Of a stretch of 64,000 nucleotides of DNA, positions 36,542 through 44,723 are shown piece after piece. How positions within the stretch are numbered: position 1 is the first letter of the stretch; each line of letters opens with the position of its first letter. The stretch spans positions 96,001 to 160,000 of the forward strand of contig OZ241326.1 in assembly GCA_965199855.1 (NCBI GenBank), read 5' to 3'. Source of the DNA: a bacterium (GTDB lineage: Bacteria; UBA8248). Below the pieces are notes generated by a model. It was not told the DNA's origin. It searched no databases and saw only the letters and a program-made list of their open reading frames with translations. A program made the translations under genes and the position numbers.

Positions 36542-37783
36542 ATGGAGGATAGGCCGCGCCCGCCGTCCTCGCGCCGGGGAGGGCGCGCGGGCTCCGGGGC
36601 GAGCGAGGCCGGGGGCGGCGTCATCCGGCGGGGGGCGCCCGTCATCCTCGCCTGCTTTCTCGCCATATTCATCGCCTACACCTCGGCCTTCATCCTGGGG
36701 CCGATGCTGGACGCCATGGGCCGCGAGATGGGCCTCTCCATCACGGCCATGGGGCAGCTGACGGCCATCACCTTCATCCCCTGGGGGCTGACCGCGCCCC
36801 TGCTGGGCCCCCTCTCGGATCGCTGGGGGCGAAAGCCCGTCGTTCTCGTCGGGCTGCTGGGCATCTCCCTCTCGAACGCCGCCCTCTCGTTCGCGGACGG
36901 CTACGCGGCGGTGGCCGTCTGCCGCTTCGCCACCGGACTGGGCGGGGCGCTGGTTCCGCCCACGGCGGTCGCCGCCATCGGGGACAATTTCTCGGGCCGC
37001 CACCGCGGGCTGGCGCTCGGCCTCGCCACCTCGGGCGTGGCCGTGGGGCTGCTCGTCGGGTTGCCGGGCGTCGCCTTTCTCACGGACTGGCTCGGCTGGC
37101 GCGGCGCGCTCAGAATCGCCGGCGCCCTGGGCCTGCTCGTCTGCCTCTGCGCGGGCCGCGCCCTGCCCGCCCGGAGGCGCGGCGAGCCCCCGGTCTCCTG
37201 GCTCGCGAGCTTCGGGTGGACGCGCCGGCGGGTCGCCTGGCTGCTGATGAGCGGCAACGTCATCGAGCGGGTCATGACCGCCGTCTTTCTCACCTACGTG
37301 TCCGTCTTCCTGCTGCGCCGCTTCGGCCTCTCGCTCTCCTCCGTGGGGAGCCTGATTACGGCGATGTCCGTGGGGGCGCTCATCGGGGGTCTTCTGGGGG
37401 GCGCGCTCGCGGGCCTGAAGGCGCGCTTTCTCGTCATCACCGCCCTGACCGCGGCGCAGGGGGCGCTCCTGACGGCTCACTTCTCCTGGGCGCCCCTCCT
37501 CGCCGCCGCCGTCGCGGCGGGCTTCCTCTTCTCGCTCCTGAGCCAGCTGAGCCGCGCGGCCGTGATGGACCGCCTCATCTCGCTCGCCCCGCAGTCGCGC
37601 GGCGCCGTCATCGGCACCTACGCGGCGAGCAACCAGGTCGGCCTGTTTCTGGGCGCCGCCCTGGGCGGGTTCGCCATACGCTGGGGCGGCTTCGAGGCGC
37701 TCGGCTGGCTCGCCCTCGCCGCGGCGGCCGCGGGCGGGGCGTTCTACGGCTCGGGGGCGTGGCTGATTCGGAGGGAGGGCTAG
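36542..37783 (+). CDS. MFS transporter
   Basis: GPLSDRWGRK motif A; about 12 hydrophobic segments. Confidence 0.9.
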   Translation: MEDRPRPPSSRRGGRAGSGASEAGGGVIRRGAPVILACFLAIFIAYTSAFILGPMLDAMGREMGLSITAMGQLTAITFIPWGLTAPLLGPLSDRWGRKPVVLVGLLGISLSNAALSFADGYAAVAVCRFATGLGGALVPPTAVAAIGDNFSGRHRGLALGLATSGVAVGLLVGLPGVAFLTDWLGWRGALRIAGALGLLVCLCAGRALPARRRGEPPVSWLASFGWTRRRVAWLLMSGNVIERVMTAVFLTYVSVFLLRRFGLSLSSVGSLITAMSVGALIGGLLGGALAGLKARFLVITALTAAQGALLTAHFSWAPLLAAAVAAGFLFSLLSQLSRAAVMDRLISLAPQSRGAVIGTYAASNQVGLFLGAALGGFAIRWGGFEALGWLALAAAAAGGAFYGSGAWLIRREG

Positions 37784-37798
37784 CCCCGCTCCGGGAGG

Positions 37799-39460
37799 CT
37801 ATTTCTTCACCGCGTCCTTGCGGCGGGGCTCGGGGAAGACGTCCGGATCGATCAGCACGTCCACGACGGCGGGGCCTTCCTCCTTCAGCGCCTGGGCGTA
37901 GGCGTCCTCCAGGTCCGCGGGATCCTCCACCCGATAGCCCGCCGCGCCGAACACGCGGGCGTATTCGTCGAAGCGCGGGTTGCCGATGGCGTCCGCGATG
38001 TAGCGCCCCTCGTAGAAGTGCTTCTGGTAGGCGCGCTCGGAGCCCAGGTTGAAGTTGTTGAGGACGACGCAGACGGTGGGCAGGTTCTCGCGCGCCGCGG
38101 TTTCGAGCTCCGCCCCGTTGCACAAGAACGCGCCGTCTCCGCTGATGGTGACGACCTTCTGGCGCGGGCGCGCCAGCTTGGCGCCCAGCCCCAGGGGGTA
38201 GCCCACCCCGATGGCCGCCAGATCCTGCGGCGCGACCAGATTCCGCGCCCTGTCGAATCGCTGATACTCGTAGATGTAGCCGGCGGCGCTTCCCGCGTCG
38301 TTCGTGAGGATGGCGTTTTCGGGCAGAACCCGCGCGAGCGCCATGTGCGCGCGCCGGGGGTCGATGGGCTTTCCGCCGTATTCGAGGGCGTGCTCGCGGT
38401 GCCTCTCACGCGCCGCGCGAACCGCCTCCGCCGCCTCGCGCCACGCGGGACGCCGCGCGCCCTCGTCCAGCGCGCCAAGCACGGCGCGGAGGGCGGGGCC
38501 CGCCTCCGCGTTCATCCCCACCTCCGCCGCGAAGTTTCGCCCGATGCTCCTGGGGTCGACGGCCGCGTGGATGAGCTTGGCGCCCTTGAAGAAATCCGGC
38601 CGCAGGAACGTGGTGGAATGCGCGAGCCTCGTGCCGACGGCGAAGACGACGTCCGCCCTCTCGAAGAGCGCCCGCGCCTCGGGAATCGTCCCCCGGCCGA
38701 TCGACCCCAGAAACAGAGGGTGCCGGTTCGGGACCAGGTCGTCCCTTCCGGTGGAGGCCATGACGGGCGCGTCGAGCGCCTCCGCCAGGGCGAGCAAATC
38801 CCCGCTCGCCTCGTCCCAGAGCACGCCGCCGCCGCCCAGGAGCAGGGGCCGCTCGGCGGCCTTCAGAAGCGCCGCCGCCCGCGCCGCCGCCTCGGGGTCC
38901 GGCGCGAGCCGCGTCCGCCGCAGGGGGGCGAGGCCGTCCTCCGGATAGTCCGCCCTTTCGTTCAGCACGTCGCGCGGCAGATCGACGTGCACGGGGCCCG
39001 GCACCCCGGAGAGCGCCACGTGGCACGCCTCCCGAATCGCCTCGGCGGCGCGCTCGGGCTTTCGAGCCTGCATCGACCACTTCACCATCGGGCGGAACAT
39101 GGCGACCTGATCGAGCTCCTGGGTGGAATCCCGAAAGGCGTCCTTCATCATGGGCGCGCCGGTGATGACCAGCACCGGGCTCTGCGCCATCATGGCGTGC
39201 GCCACGCCGGTGACGAGGTTCGTCGCGCCGGGGCCGTTCGTCGCCATGCAGACGCCCACCTTCCCGCTGAGGCGCGCGAAGGCGTCCGCCATGACGGCGG
39301 CGCTCTGCTCGTGGCGCACCGTGAGGAAGGAGATGTCGTCTCGGCCATACATGCCGTCGAGTATCTCGATCATGCACGAGCCCGCCATGCCGATGACGCG
39401 CCCAACCCCCAGCTTCGCCAGCGCGTCCGCCACCGCGTGCCCGGCCGTCATGGTCGCCAT
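37799..39460 (-). CDS. Thiamine pyrophosphate-binding enzyme (Xsc/acetolactate synthase-like)
   Basis: RHEQ, GPGATN, GDGAF..NN TPP motif; C-terminal GSERAYQKHFY..RY resembles Xsc. Confidence 0.85.
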   Translation of the reverse strand: MATMTAGHAVADALAKLGVGRVIGMAGSCMIEILDGMYGRDDISFLTVRHEQSAAVMADAFARLSGKVGVCMATNGPGATNLVTGVAHAMMAQSPVLVITGAPMMKDAFRDSTQELDQVAMFRPMVKWSMQARKPERAAEAIREACHVALSGVPGPVHVDLPRDVLNERADYPEDGLAPLRRTRLAPDPEAAARAAALLKAAERPLLLGGGGVLWDEASGDLLALAEALDAPVMASTGRDDLVPNRHPLFLGSIGRGTIPEARALFERADVVFAVGTRLAHSTTFLRPDFFKGAKLIHAAVDPRSIGRNFAAEVGMNAEAGPALRAVLGALDEGARRPAWREAAEAVRAARERHREHALEYGGKPIDPRRAHMALARVLPENAILTNDAGSAAGYIYEYQRFDRARNLVAPQDLAAIGVGYPLGLGAKLARPRQKVVTISGDGAFLCNGAELETAARENLPTVCVVLNNFNLGSERAYQKHFYEGRYIADAIGNPRFDEYARVFGAAGYRVEDPADLEDAYAQALKEEGPAVVDVLIDPDVFPEPRRKDAVKK

Positions 39461-39561
39461 CTCTCGTCTCTCCCCGCAAAGCAACGAGGCGGACGCGCGC
39501 TCCCGCGCCCGTCTCCTCCCGGAACGCCCCCGAAGCGCCCAGACGCGATCGCCCCGCGCCG

Positions 39562-40287
39562 CTAGCCCACGTCTCCCTTGGCGTGAATCGCGTTGGCTAT
39601 CGCGTTGACCGCGTGATCCGCGCTCGCCTCCGGCCTTGCGGTCTCGGCGAAGCGGTAGAAACTCTTGGTCGCCCGCAGGCAGTCTCCGCCCAGGGCGGCG
39701 AGCTCCCGGCACAGGCGCGCCGCCTCCGAATCGAGGTCGGCGTCCGGGACCACGCGGTTCACCATGCCGACGCGCCTGCCCTCCTCCGCGTCGATCTCGC
39801 GGCCGGTGATGACCATCTCGAAGCCGCGCCGCCGCTCCAGCCTTCTCGCCAGATGGCTGATGACCACCGTGGGCGGGAACCCCTCCCGGATTTCGGGAAA
39901 GGCGATGCGCGCGGAATCGGAGGCCAGCGCCAGGTCCGCGCGGCTGACGAGCCCGGCGCCCGGCCCGAAGGCGCGCCCCCTGAGCGCGACCACCGTCACG
40001 GCGGGCGAGAACTCCAGGGCGTCGTTCATGCGGACGATTTCGCGGAAGCGCTCGCGTATCACGTTCACCGGCGGCAGGCCGCCGCCGCGAACGCTCTCGC
40101 GTCCGGCGCAGAAATCCTCCCCCTCCCCGGCGAGCAGAATCACGTCGCACTCCTCGCCCGCCCGCAGGAGCGCCCCCGCGAGCTCCTCCATCATCCCGAA
40201 GGTGAGCCGGTTCGCCTCCTCCGCGCGCGCGAGCGTGACGCGGCCGAGCGCGCCTTCCTTCTCATACCGGACGTGGGCCATCTTCAT
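39562..40287 (-). CDS. Enoyl-CoA hydratase/isomerase family protein
   Basis: GEDFCAG, FPEIREG, TGREIDAEE..GMVNRVV. Confidence 0.85.
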   Translation of the reverse strand: MKMAHVRYEKEGALGRVTLARAEEANRLTFGMMEELAGALLRAGEECDVILLAGEGEDFCAGRESVRGGGLPPVNVIRERFREIVRMNDALEFSPAVTVVALRGRAFGPGAGLVSRADLALASDSARIAFPEIREGFPPTVVISHLARRLERRRGFEMVITGREIDAEEGRRVGMVNRVVPDADLDSEAARLCRELAALGGDCLRATKSFYRFAETARPEASADHAVNAIANAIHAKGDVG

Positions 40288-40410
40288 TCCCCTGAAAACG
40301 AAAGCCGGACGCTTCCCGAAAGCGCGGGCGCCGATCAAAACGGATGGATTCGCTCCGACGCTCCCGGATTATGGCAAAACCTCCCGCGAAGGAAAACCCG
40401 AAAAGAGAGC

Positions 40411-40460
40411 TTGCAAAATCATTCGCAGTTTGTTTGTATTAAGAATGTATTATTTTCGTG
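40411..40460 (+). promoter_or_regulatory. AT-rich promoter/operator region of lexA-dinB
   Basis: AT-rich patch with TTGCAA and TATTAT; exact LexA box not resolved. Confidence 0.45.
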
Positions 40461-40626
40461 AAGATTCCGTTTTCGGGAGGCTTGCGGCGTGCCCGTCCTC
40501 ACCCCGCATCGAAGCGAGGCCGCGAGCGGCGAAGCACGAAGCGCCGCCCGGCCGCGAACGCCCGCGCCGCGCATTCCCGACGACGCTTCCGCCTCCGCCC
40601 CATTGGTCTGAAAAGGGGGTTTCTTC

Positions 40627-41244
40627 ATGTTTCTCACGCGCAGGCAGCGGGAAATCTACGAGTTCATCAAGGAGTTCATCGACGCGAACGGCTACGCGCC
40701 CTCCATCGTGGAGATCGGGGAGCGCTTCCAGCTCACCTCGCCCGCCACGGTGCACAAGCACCTCCTGAACCTCGAGCAGAAGGGCCTCATCAAGAGAAGC
40801 TGGAACCGGAGCCGGGCGATAGAGCTCGTCCCCGGTTCGGACTCCATCGGCCCGGCCGCCGCCGGAGCCCCGGCGGAGCTTCCCCTCCGCGGCATGATCG
40901 CGGCGGGGATGCCGCTCGAGGCGATAGAGGACACGGAGACCATCCCGCTGCCCTGGTCCTCGGGAGACGGCAACCTCTACGTCCTGCGGGTGAAGGGCGA
41001 CTCGATGATCGAGGATCACATCCAGGACGGGGACTACGTCATCGTCGAGGGCCGCGAGAGCGCCGAGAACGGCGAGACCGTGGTCGCCCTCGTCGAGGGC
41101 GAGTCCGCCACCCTCAAGCGCTTCTACCGGGAAGGGGCGCAGGTTCGCCTCCAGCCCGCCAACGCGGCGATGGCGCCCATCATGGCGCGCGAGGAGGACC
41201 TGCGGATTCAGGGCGTCGTCGTGGGCGTGCTCCGCAAGTATTGA
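40627..41244 (+). CDS. lexA: SOS repressor LexA
   Basis: LTRRQ..GYAPS..EI, IAAG cleavage site, GDSM Ser, TLKR Lys. Confidence 0.95.
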   Translation: MFLTRRQREIYEFIKEFIDANGYAPSIVEIGERFQLTSPATVHKHLLNLEQKGLIKRSWNRSRAIELVPGSDSIGPAAAGAPAELPLRGMIAAGMPLEAIEDTETIPLPWSSGDGNLYVLRVKGDSMIEDHIQDGDYVIVEGRESAENGETVVALVEGESATLKRFYREGAQVRLQPANAAMAPIMAREEDLRIQGVVVGVLRKY

Positions 41245-41273
41245 CGCGGACGGCGCGCCGGGGAGGAGCCCGC

Positions 41274-42494
41274 ATGAAGCCGCGCACGGACGAGGAGGCG
41301 GGCGGGCCGCGCGCGGAGCGGCTCATCGCCCACGTGGACATGGACGCCTTCTTCGTGTCCGTGGAGCGCATGGACGACCCCGCGCTCGAGGACAGGCCGG
41401 TGGTCGTGGGCGGAAGCCTGGGGCCGCGCGGGGTGGTGTCGGCGGCCTCCTACGAGGCGCGGGCGTTCGGCGTCCACTCGGCCATGCCCATGGCGCGGGC
41501 GCGGGCGCTCTGCCCGCAGGCGGCATACATCCAGGCGAACCACCGCAAATACGCCGCCGCCTCGAGGCGGGTGATGGAGACGCTCGGAAGCTTCACGCCC
41601 GCCGTCCAGGCCGTCTCCGTAGATGAGGCGTATCTGGACCTGAGCGGAACCGGGCGCCTGCACGGCCCCCCGCTCCGGACGGCCGCCCGCATCCGGGAGG
41701 CGGTCTGGCGCGAGACCCGCTGCTCGGCGTCCATCGGGGTGGCGTCGAGCCGCCTGGTGTCGAAAATCGCCTCCGCCCTCTCGAAGCCCGCGGGCGTCCT
41801 GCGCGTCCTGCCGGGCCGGGAGGAGGCTTTTCTGCGTCCTTTGGCCGTGAGCCGGATTCCCGGCGCGGGCAGGGTGACGACAGAGAAGATGAAGCGTCTG
41901 GGAATCCGCACCATCGGCGATCTCGCCCGCCAGTCCCTGCCCTTTCTGGAGGATAGGTTCGGGAGCGCGGGGGGCGAGCTCCACCGCAAGGCGCGGGGGC
42001 TGGACGATTCCGAGATCGCCCCGGAGAGCCGGCCCAAGAGCATCGGCAGGGAAACCACCTTCGCCGAGGACATCTCCGACCCCGCCGCGCTGGAGGCCGT
42101 CCTTTCGGGCCTGGCCGAGGAGGCGTGCGGGCGCGCGCGCCGCCTGGGGCTTCGCGCGAGGCAGGTGGTCCTCAAAATCCGCTTTCCCGACTTCGCCACC
42201 CTCACGCGCTCGCTCACGCTCGAGAAGCCCACGCATCTCGACGGAGAAGTCATCGAACCCGCGCTCGGGCTCCTGCGGAGGGCGCGCCGCAAGGAGGCCA
42301 GAGGCCGGAAAATCCGCCTGCTGGGCGTCTATCTCTCCGGCCTCGACGCGGCCGCTCCCCAGCCGCTCCTGATCGAGGACGAGGAGCGGCGCAGGGAGGA
42401 GCGCCTCGTGGAAAGCCTGGATCGGATCAGGGAGCGCTTCGGCAGGGAAGCCGTCCTCGCGCGGAAGGACGTGGAGCGCATCCGCGGCGGCTGA
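41274..42494 (+). CDS. dinB: DNA polymerase IV
   Basis: HVDMDAFF, ASYEAR, SVDEAY, KPAG, KSIGRETTF. Confidence 0.93.
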   Translation: MKPRTDEEAGGPRAERLIAHVDMDAFFVSVERMDDPALEDRPVVVGGSLGPRGVVSAASYEARAFGVHSAMPMARARALCPQAAYIQANHRKYAAASRRVMETLGSFTPAVQAVSVDEAYLDLSGTGRLHGPPLRTAARIREAVWRETRCSASIGVASSRLVSKIASALSKPAGVLRVLPGREEAFLRPLAVSRIPGAGRVTTEKMKRLGIRTIGDLARQSLPFLEDRFGSAGGELHRKARGLDDSEIAPESRPKSIGRETTFAEDISDPAALEAVLSGLAEEACGRARRLGLRARQVVLKIRFPDFATLTRSLTLEKPTHLDGEVIEPALGLLRRARRKEARGRKIRLLGVYLSGLDAAAPQPLLIEDEERRREERLVESLDRIRERFGREAVLARKDVERIRGG

Positions 42495-42496
42495 GG

Positions 42497-43411
42497 TCAG
42501 CCCGCCAGAATCAGGATCGTCCCCGCCACCGCCGTCGCCGCGCCCAGCGCGAGCCTGCCCGTCACGTTCTCCGTCTCCCGCAGGAACAGGTGGGAGCCCA
42601 GAATCACCAGAAGCGGCTGCGCCGAGGTGATGGCGGCGACGTTCACCGCCCAGGTGCGCGCCAGGGCGCTGCTGTAGGAGGGGATGGCTATCGTCTGGCA
42701 GAGGGCGGCGGCGAGCATCCACTTCCAGCTCGCCCGGGGGATTCTTCCGCCCCGCTCTCCCCCGGCGCCGAAGGCGAACGACAGCGCCCAGGCGAAGCCG
42801 CAGCCGATCCAGATCACCATGGCCGAGGCGGCGAGCGGGTGCACGTCGAGGGCGATGGTCTTCAGCATGACGCCCGAGGCGCTCCAGTTCAGCGTGGTGA
42901 GGCCGGCTGATACGTAGCCCCGGACGACGTCCCTTCGCGCGGGGCCCGCCGCCGCGCTCGGCTGCGCCGGGGCGGCGCGCACCACGGCGGTGATGCCCGC
43001 CGTCAGGCACAGCAATCCCAAGGCGACGGGAAGCGTGAACGGCTCGTCCAGAAAGATCGCCGCCAGCAGCGCGGTGACGGCGGGCGTGCTCGCAGCGACG
43101 GGAATCGTGCGGCTGGGGCCGATGCGCCGGATGGCGTAGTAGTAGGTGAGCCTCGATATGGCGATCATGAAGAAGCCGGTGATCGGCAACAGCGCCCAGG
43201 TTCTCGCCAGCTTCGGCGCGAAGGCGGAGGCCGGAAGCGCGAAGAAGACCAGCGCGACGGCGAACGCGCCGTTCAGGGTGGAGGTGGCCGCCGTCGTCCT
43301 GAGCAGCGGGGCGTTCTTCATCGCCAGACGGATGAAGAAGGAGAGGCTCGCCCAGCTCAGAAGCGCCGAGAGGGCGAACAGCAGGCCCGCGGCGTGGGCG
43401 GAGACGTCCAT
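42497..43411 (-). CDS. DMT/EamA family transporter
   Basis: Ten hydrophobic segments in two repeats; FLDE/FLRE motifs. Confidence 0.85.
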   Translation of the reverse strand: MDVSAHAAGLLFALSALLSWASLSFFIRLAMKNAPLLRTTAATSTLNGAFAVALVFFALPASAFAPKLARTWALLPITGFFMIAISRLTYYYAIRRIGPSRTIPVAASTPAVTALLAAIFLDEPFTLPVALGLLCLTAGITAVVRAAPAQPSAAAGPARRDVVRGYVSAGLTTLNWSASGVMLKTIALDVHPLAASAMVIWIGCGFAWALSFAFGAGGERGGRIPRASWKWMLAAALCQTIAIPSYSSALARTWAVNVAAITSAQPLLVILGSHLFLRETENVTGRLALGAATAVAGTILILAG

Positions 43412-43556
43412 CAGCGGCTTCCAGGGTCCACGCGGACGGCGTCGAGAGCGTCTCTTTCGTCCACGATCCGCGTCCCTCCGAAAGCGAAAAGAAGCCGCCG
43501 CGAAGCCTACTACGCCGCCTTTCCCTCCGCCACGCGGCGCGCGAGGGCGGGCGGCC

Positions 43557-44723
43557 TCAAGTCTCCATCGCGCTCAGGACGGCGGAGACGAACCCCAGGA
43601 GCCGCAGCCCCTCCCGGATTCTCCGAAAAGAGAGGGCGCCTTGCCCGATTCCCACGTGGCGAAAGCCCTCCAGGACGAGGAGGGAGACGGGCTTCTCCGA
43701 GGTCTCGCCCGCCCGCTTCGCCAGCCGAACGCTCTCCGACGCCGGAACGAAGGGATCGCCGCGCCCGTGCAGAAAAAACATCGGCGCCGCAACCCTGGGC
43801 ACGACGTCGCGCATCCCCCACCGCCGCAGGCGCGCGCGCAGCTCCGCGTCCTGCCGCGCGTAGAGGGCCTCGAAGCGCCCGGGCGAGCGGTTCTCCATCA
43901 GCGCGACGAGGGCGCGGGCGCGCTCCGGCAGGCCCTCCAGCAGGCCGCTCACGTCCGCCGCCTCGTCCGCGCGCTTTCTCGAGACGATCTCCTCGATGCG
44001 GCGCCGATGCGCCTCCAGCCCCAGAAGCCTCGCGTTGTAGCGCAGGAAGAGCCACTTTCCGAGCCGGATGGGCGGGCCGCCCGCAAAGGCGGGCCGCTCC
44101 TGCCCGCCGCCCGTGGTGAGGTGCGCGAGCACGCTTTTCAGGTCGTAATAGGCGCCCACGCCGACGAAGGCGGACACCCGCGCCCCCGCTCCGGCCGCGG
44201 CGCGAAGGGCGGGCCCGGCGGCGAAGGAGAACGCCAGAAGCCCGCACTTCCCGAAAGCGCCCGCGCCGCCGCGCGTCATCCACCGCAGGATTTTTCCGAT
44301 GCGCGCGGCGTCCGCCTCCTCCGGGCGGAACCTCCTCATGCCGGGCAGGTCGGGGACGGCGACCGTGAAGCCCAGCCGCGCCAGGGCGCGCGCGAAGGCG
44401 GCGAGCCGGCTGTCCCGCCTGCCCGCCGTCGTCATGCCGTGAACGAGCGCGACGCAGCCCCTCGGGGGGGCATCGGCCGCCGAATACAGGTCCGCCTTAA
44501 TCCCTTCGGGGGCGATTCCGACCCTTCGCGGCGCCTTCGTCAGCGCGTCGAGCCAGCCGCCTTCGTCCGAGAGCGCCGCCTGCGCGAGCAGGAGGGCGCC
44601 CACGGGGTGGCGAAGCCGGGGCGAATGCGCCCGCGCGATGAAAGCCGCGAGCGCTACAAGCGCAACGAGCGCGGCGAGAAGAAGAGCGCTTCGGCGAACC
44701 GCGGGGCGCCGGAGGATGATCAG
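43557..44723 (-). CDS. Membrane-anchored alpha/beta hydrolase-fold protein (start uncertain, possibly CTG)
   Basis: LVHG, VAVPD, AFSFAAG elbow, LHGRGDPFVP, H near the C-terminus. Confidence 0.7.
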   Translation of the reverse strand: MIILRRPAVRRSALLLAALVALVALAAFIARAHSPRLRHPVGALLLAQAALSDEGGWLDALTKAPRRVGIAPEGIKADLYSAADAPPRGCVALVHGMTTAGRRDSRLAAFARALARLGFTVAVPDLPGMRRFRPEEADAARIGKILRWMTRGGAGAFGKCGLLAFSFAAGPALRAAAGAGARVSAFVGVGAYYDLKSVLAHLTTGGGQERPAFAGGPPIRLGKWLFLRYNARLLGLEAHRRRIEEIVSRKRADEAADVSGLLEGLPERARALVALMENRSPGRFEALYARQDAELRARLRRWGMRDVVPRVAAPMFFLHGRGDPFVPASESVRLAKRAGETSEKPVSLLVLEGFRHVGIGQGALSFRRIREGLRLLGFVSAVLSAMET

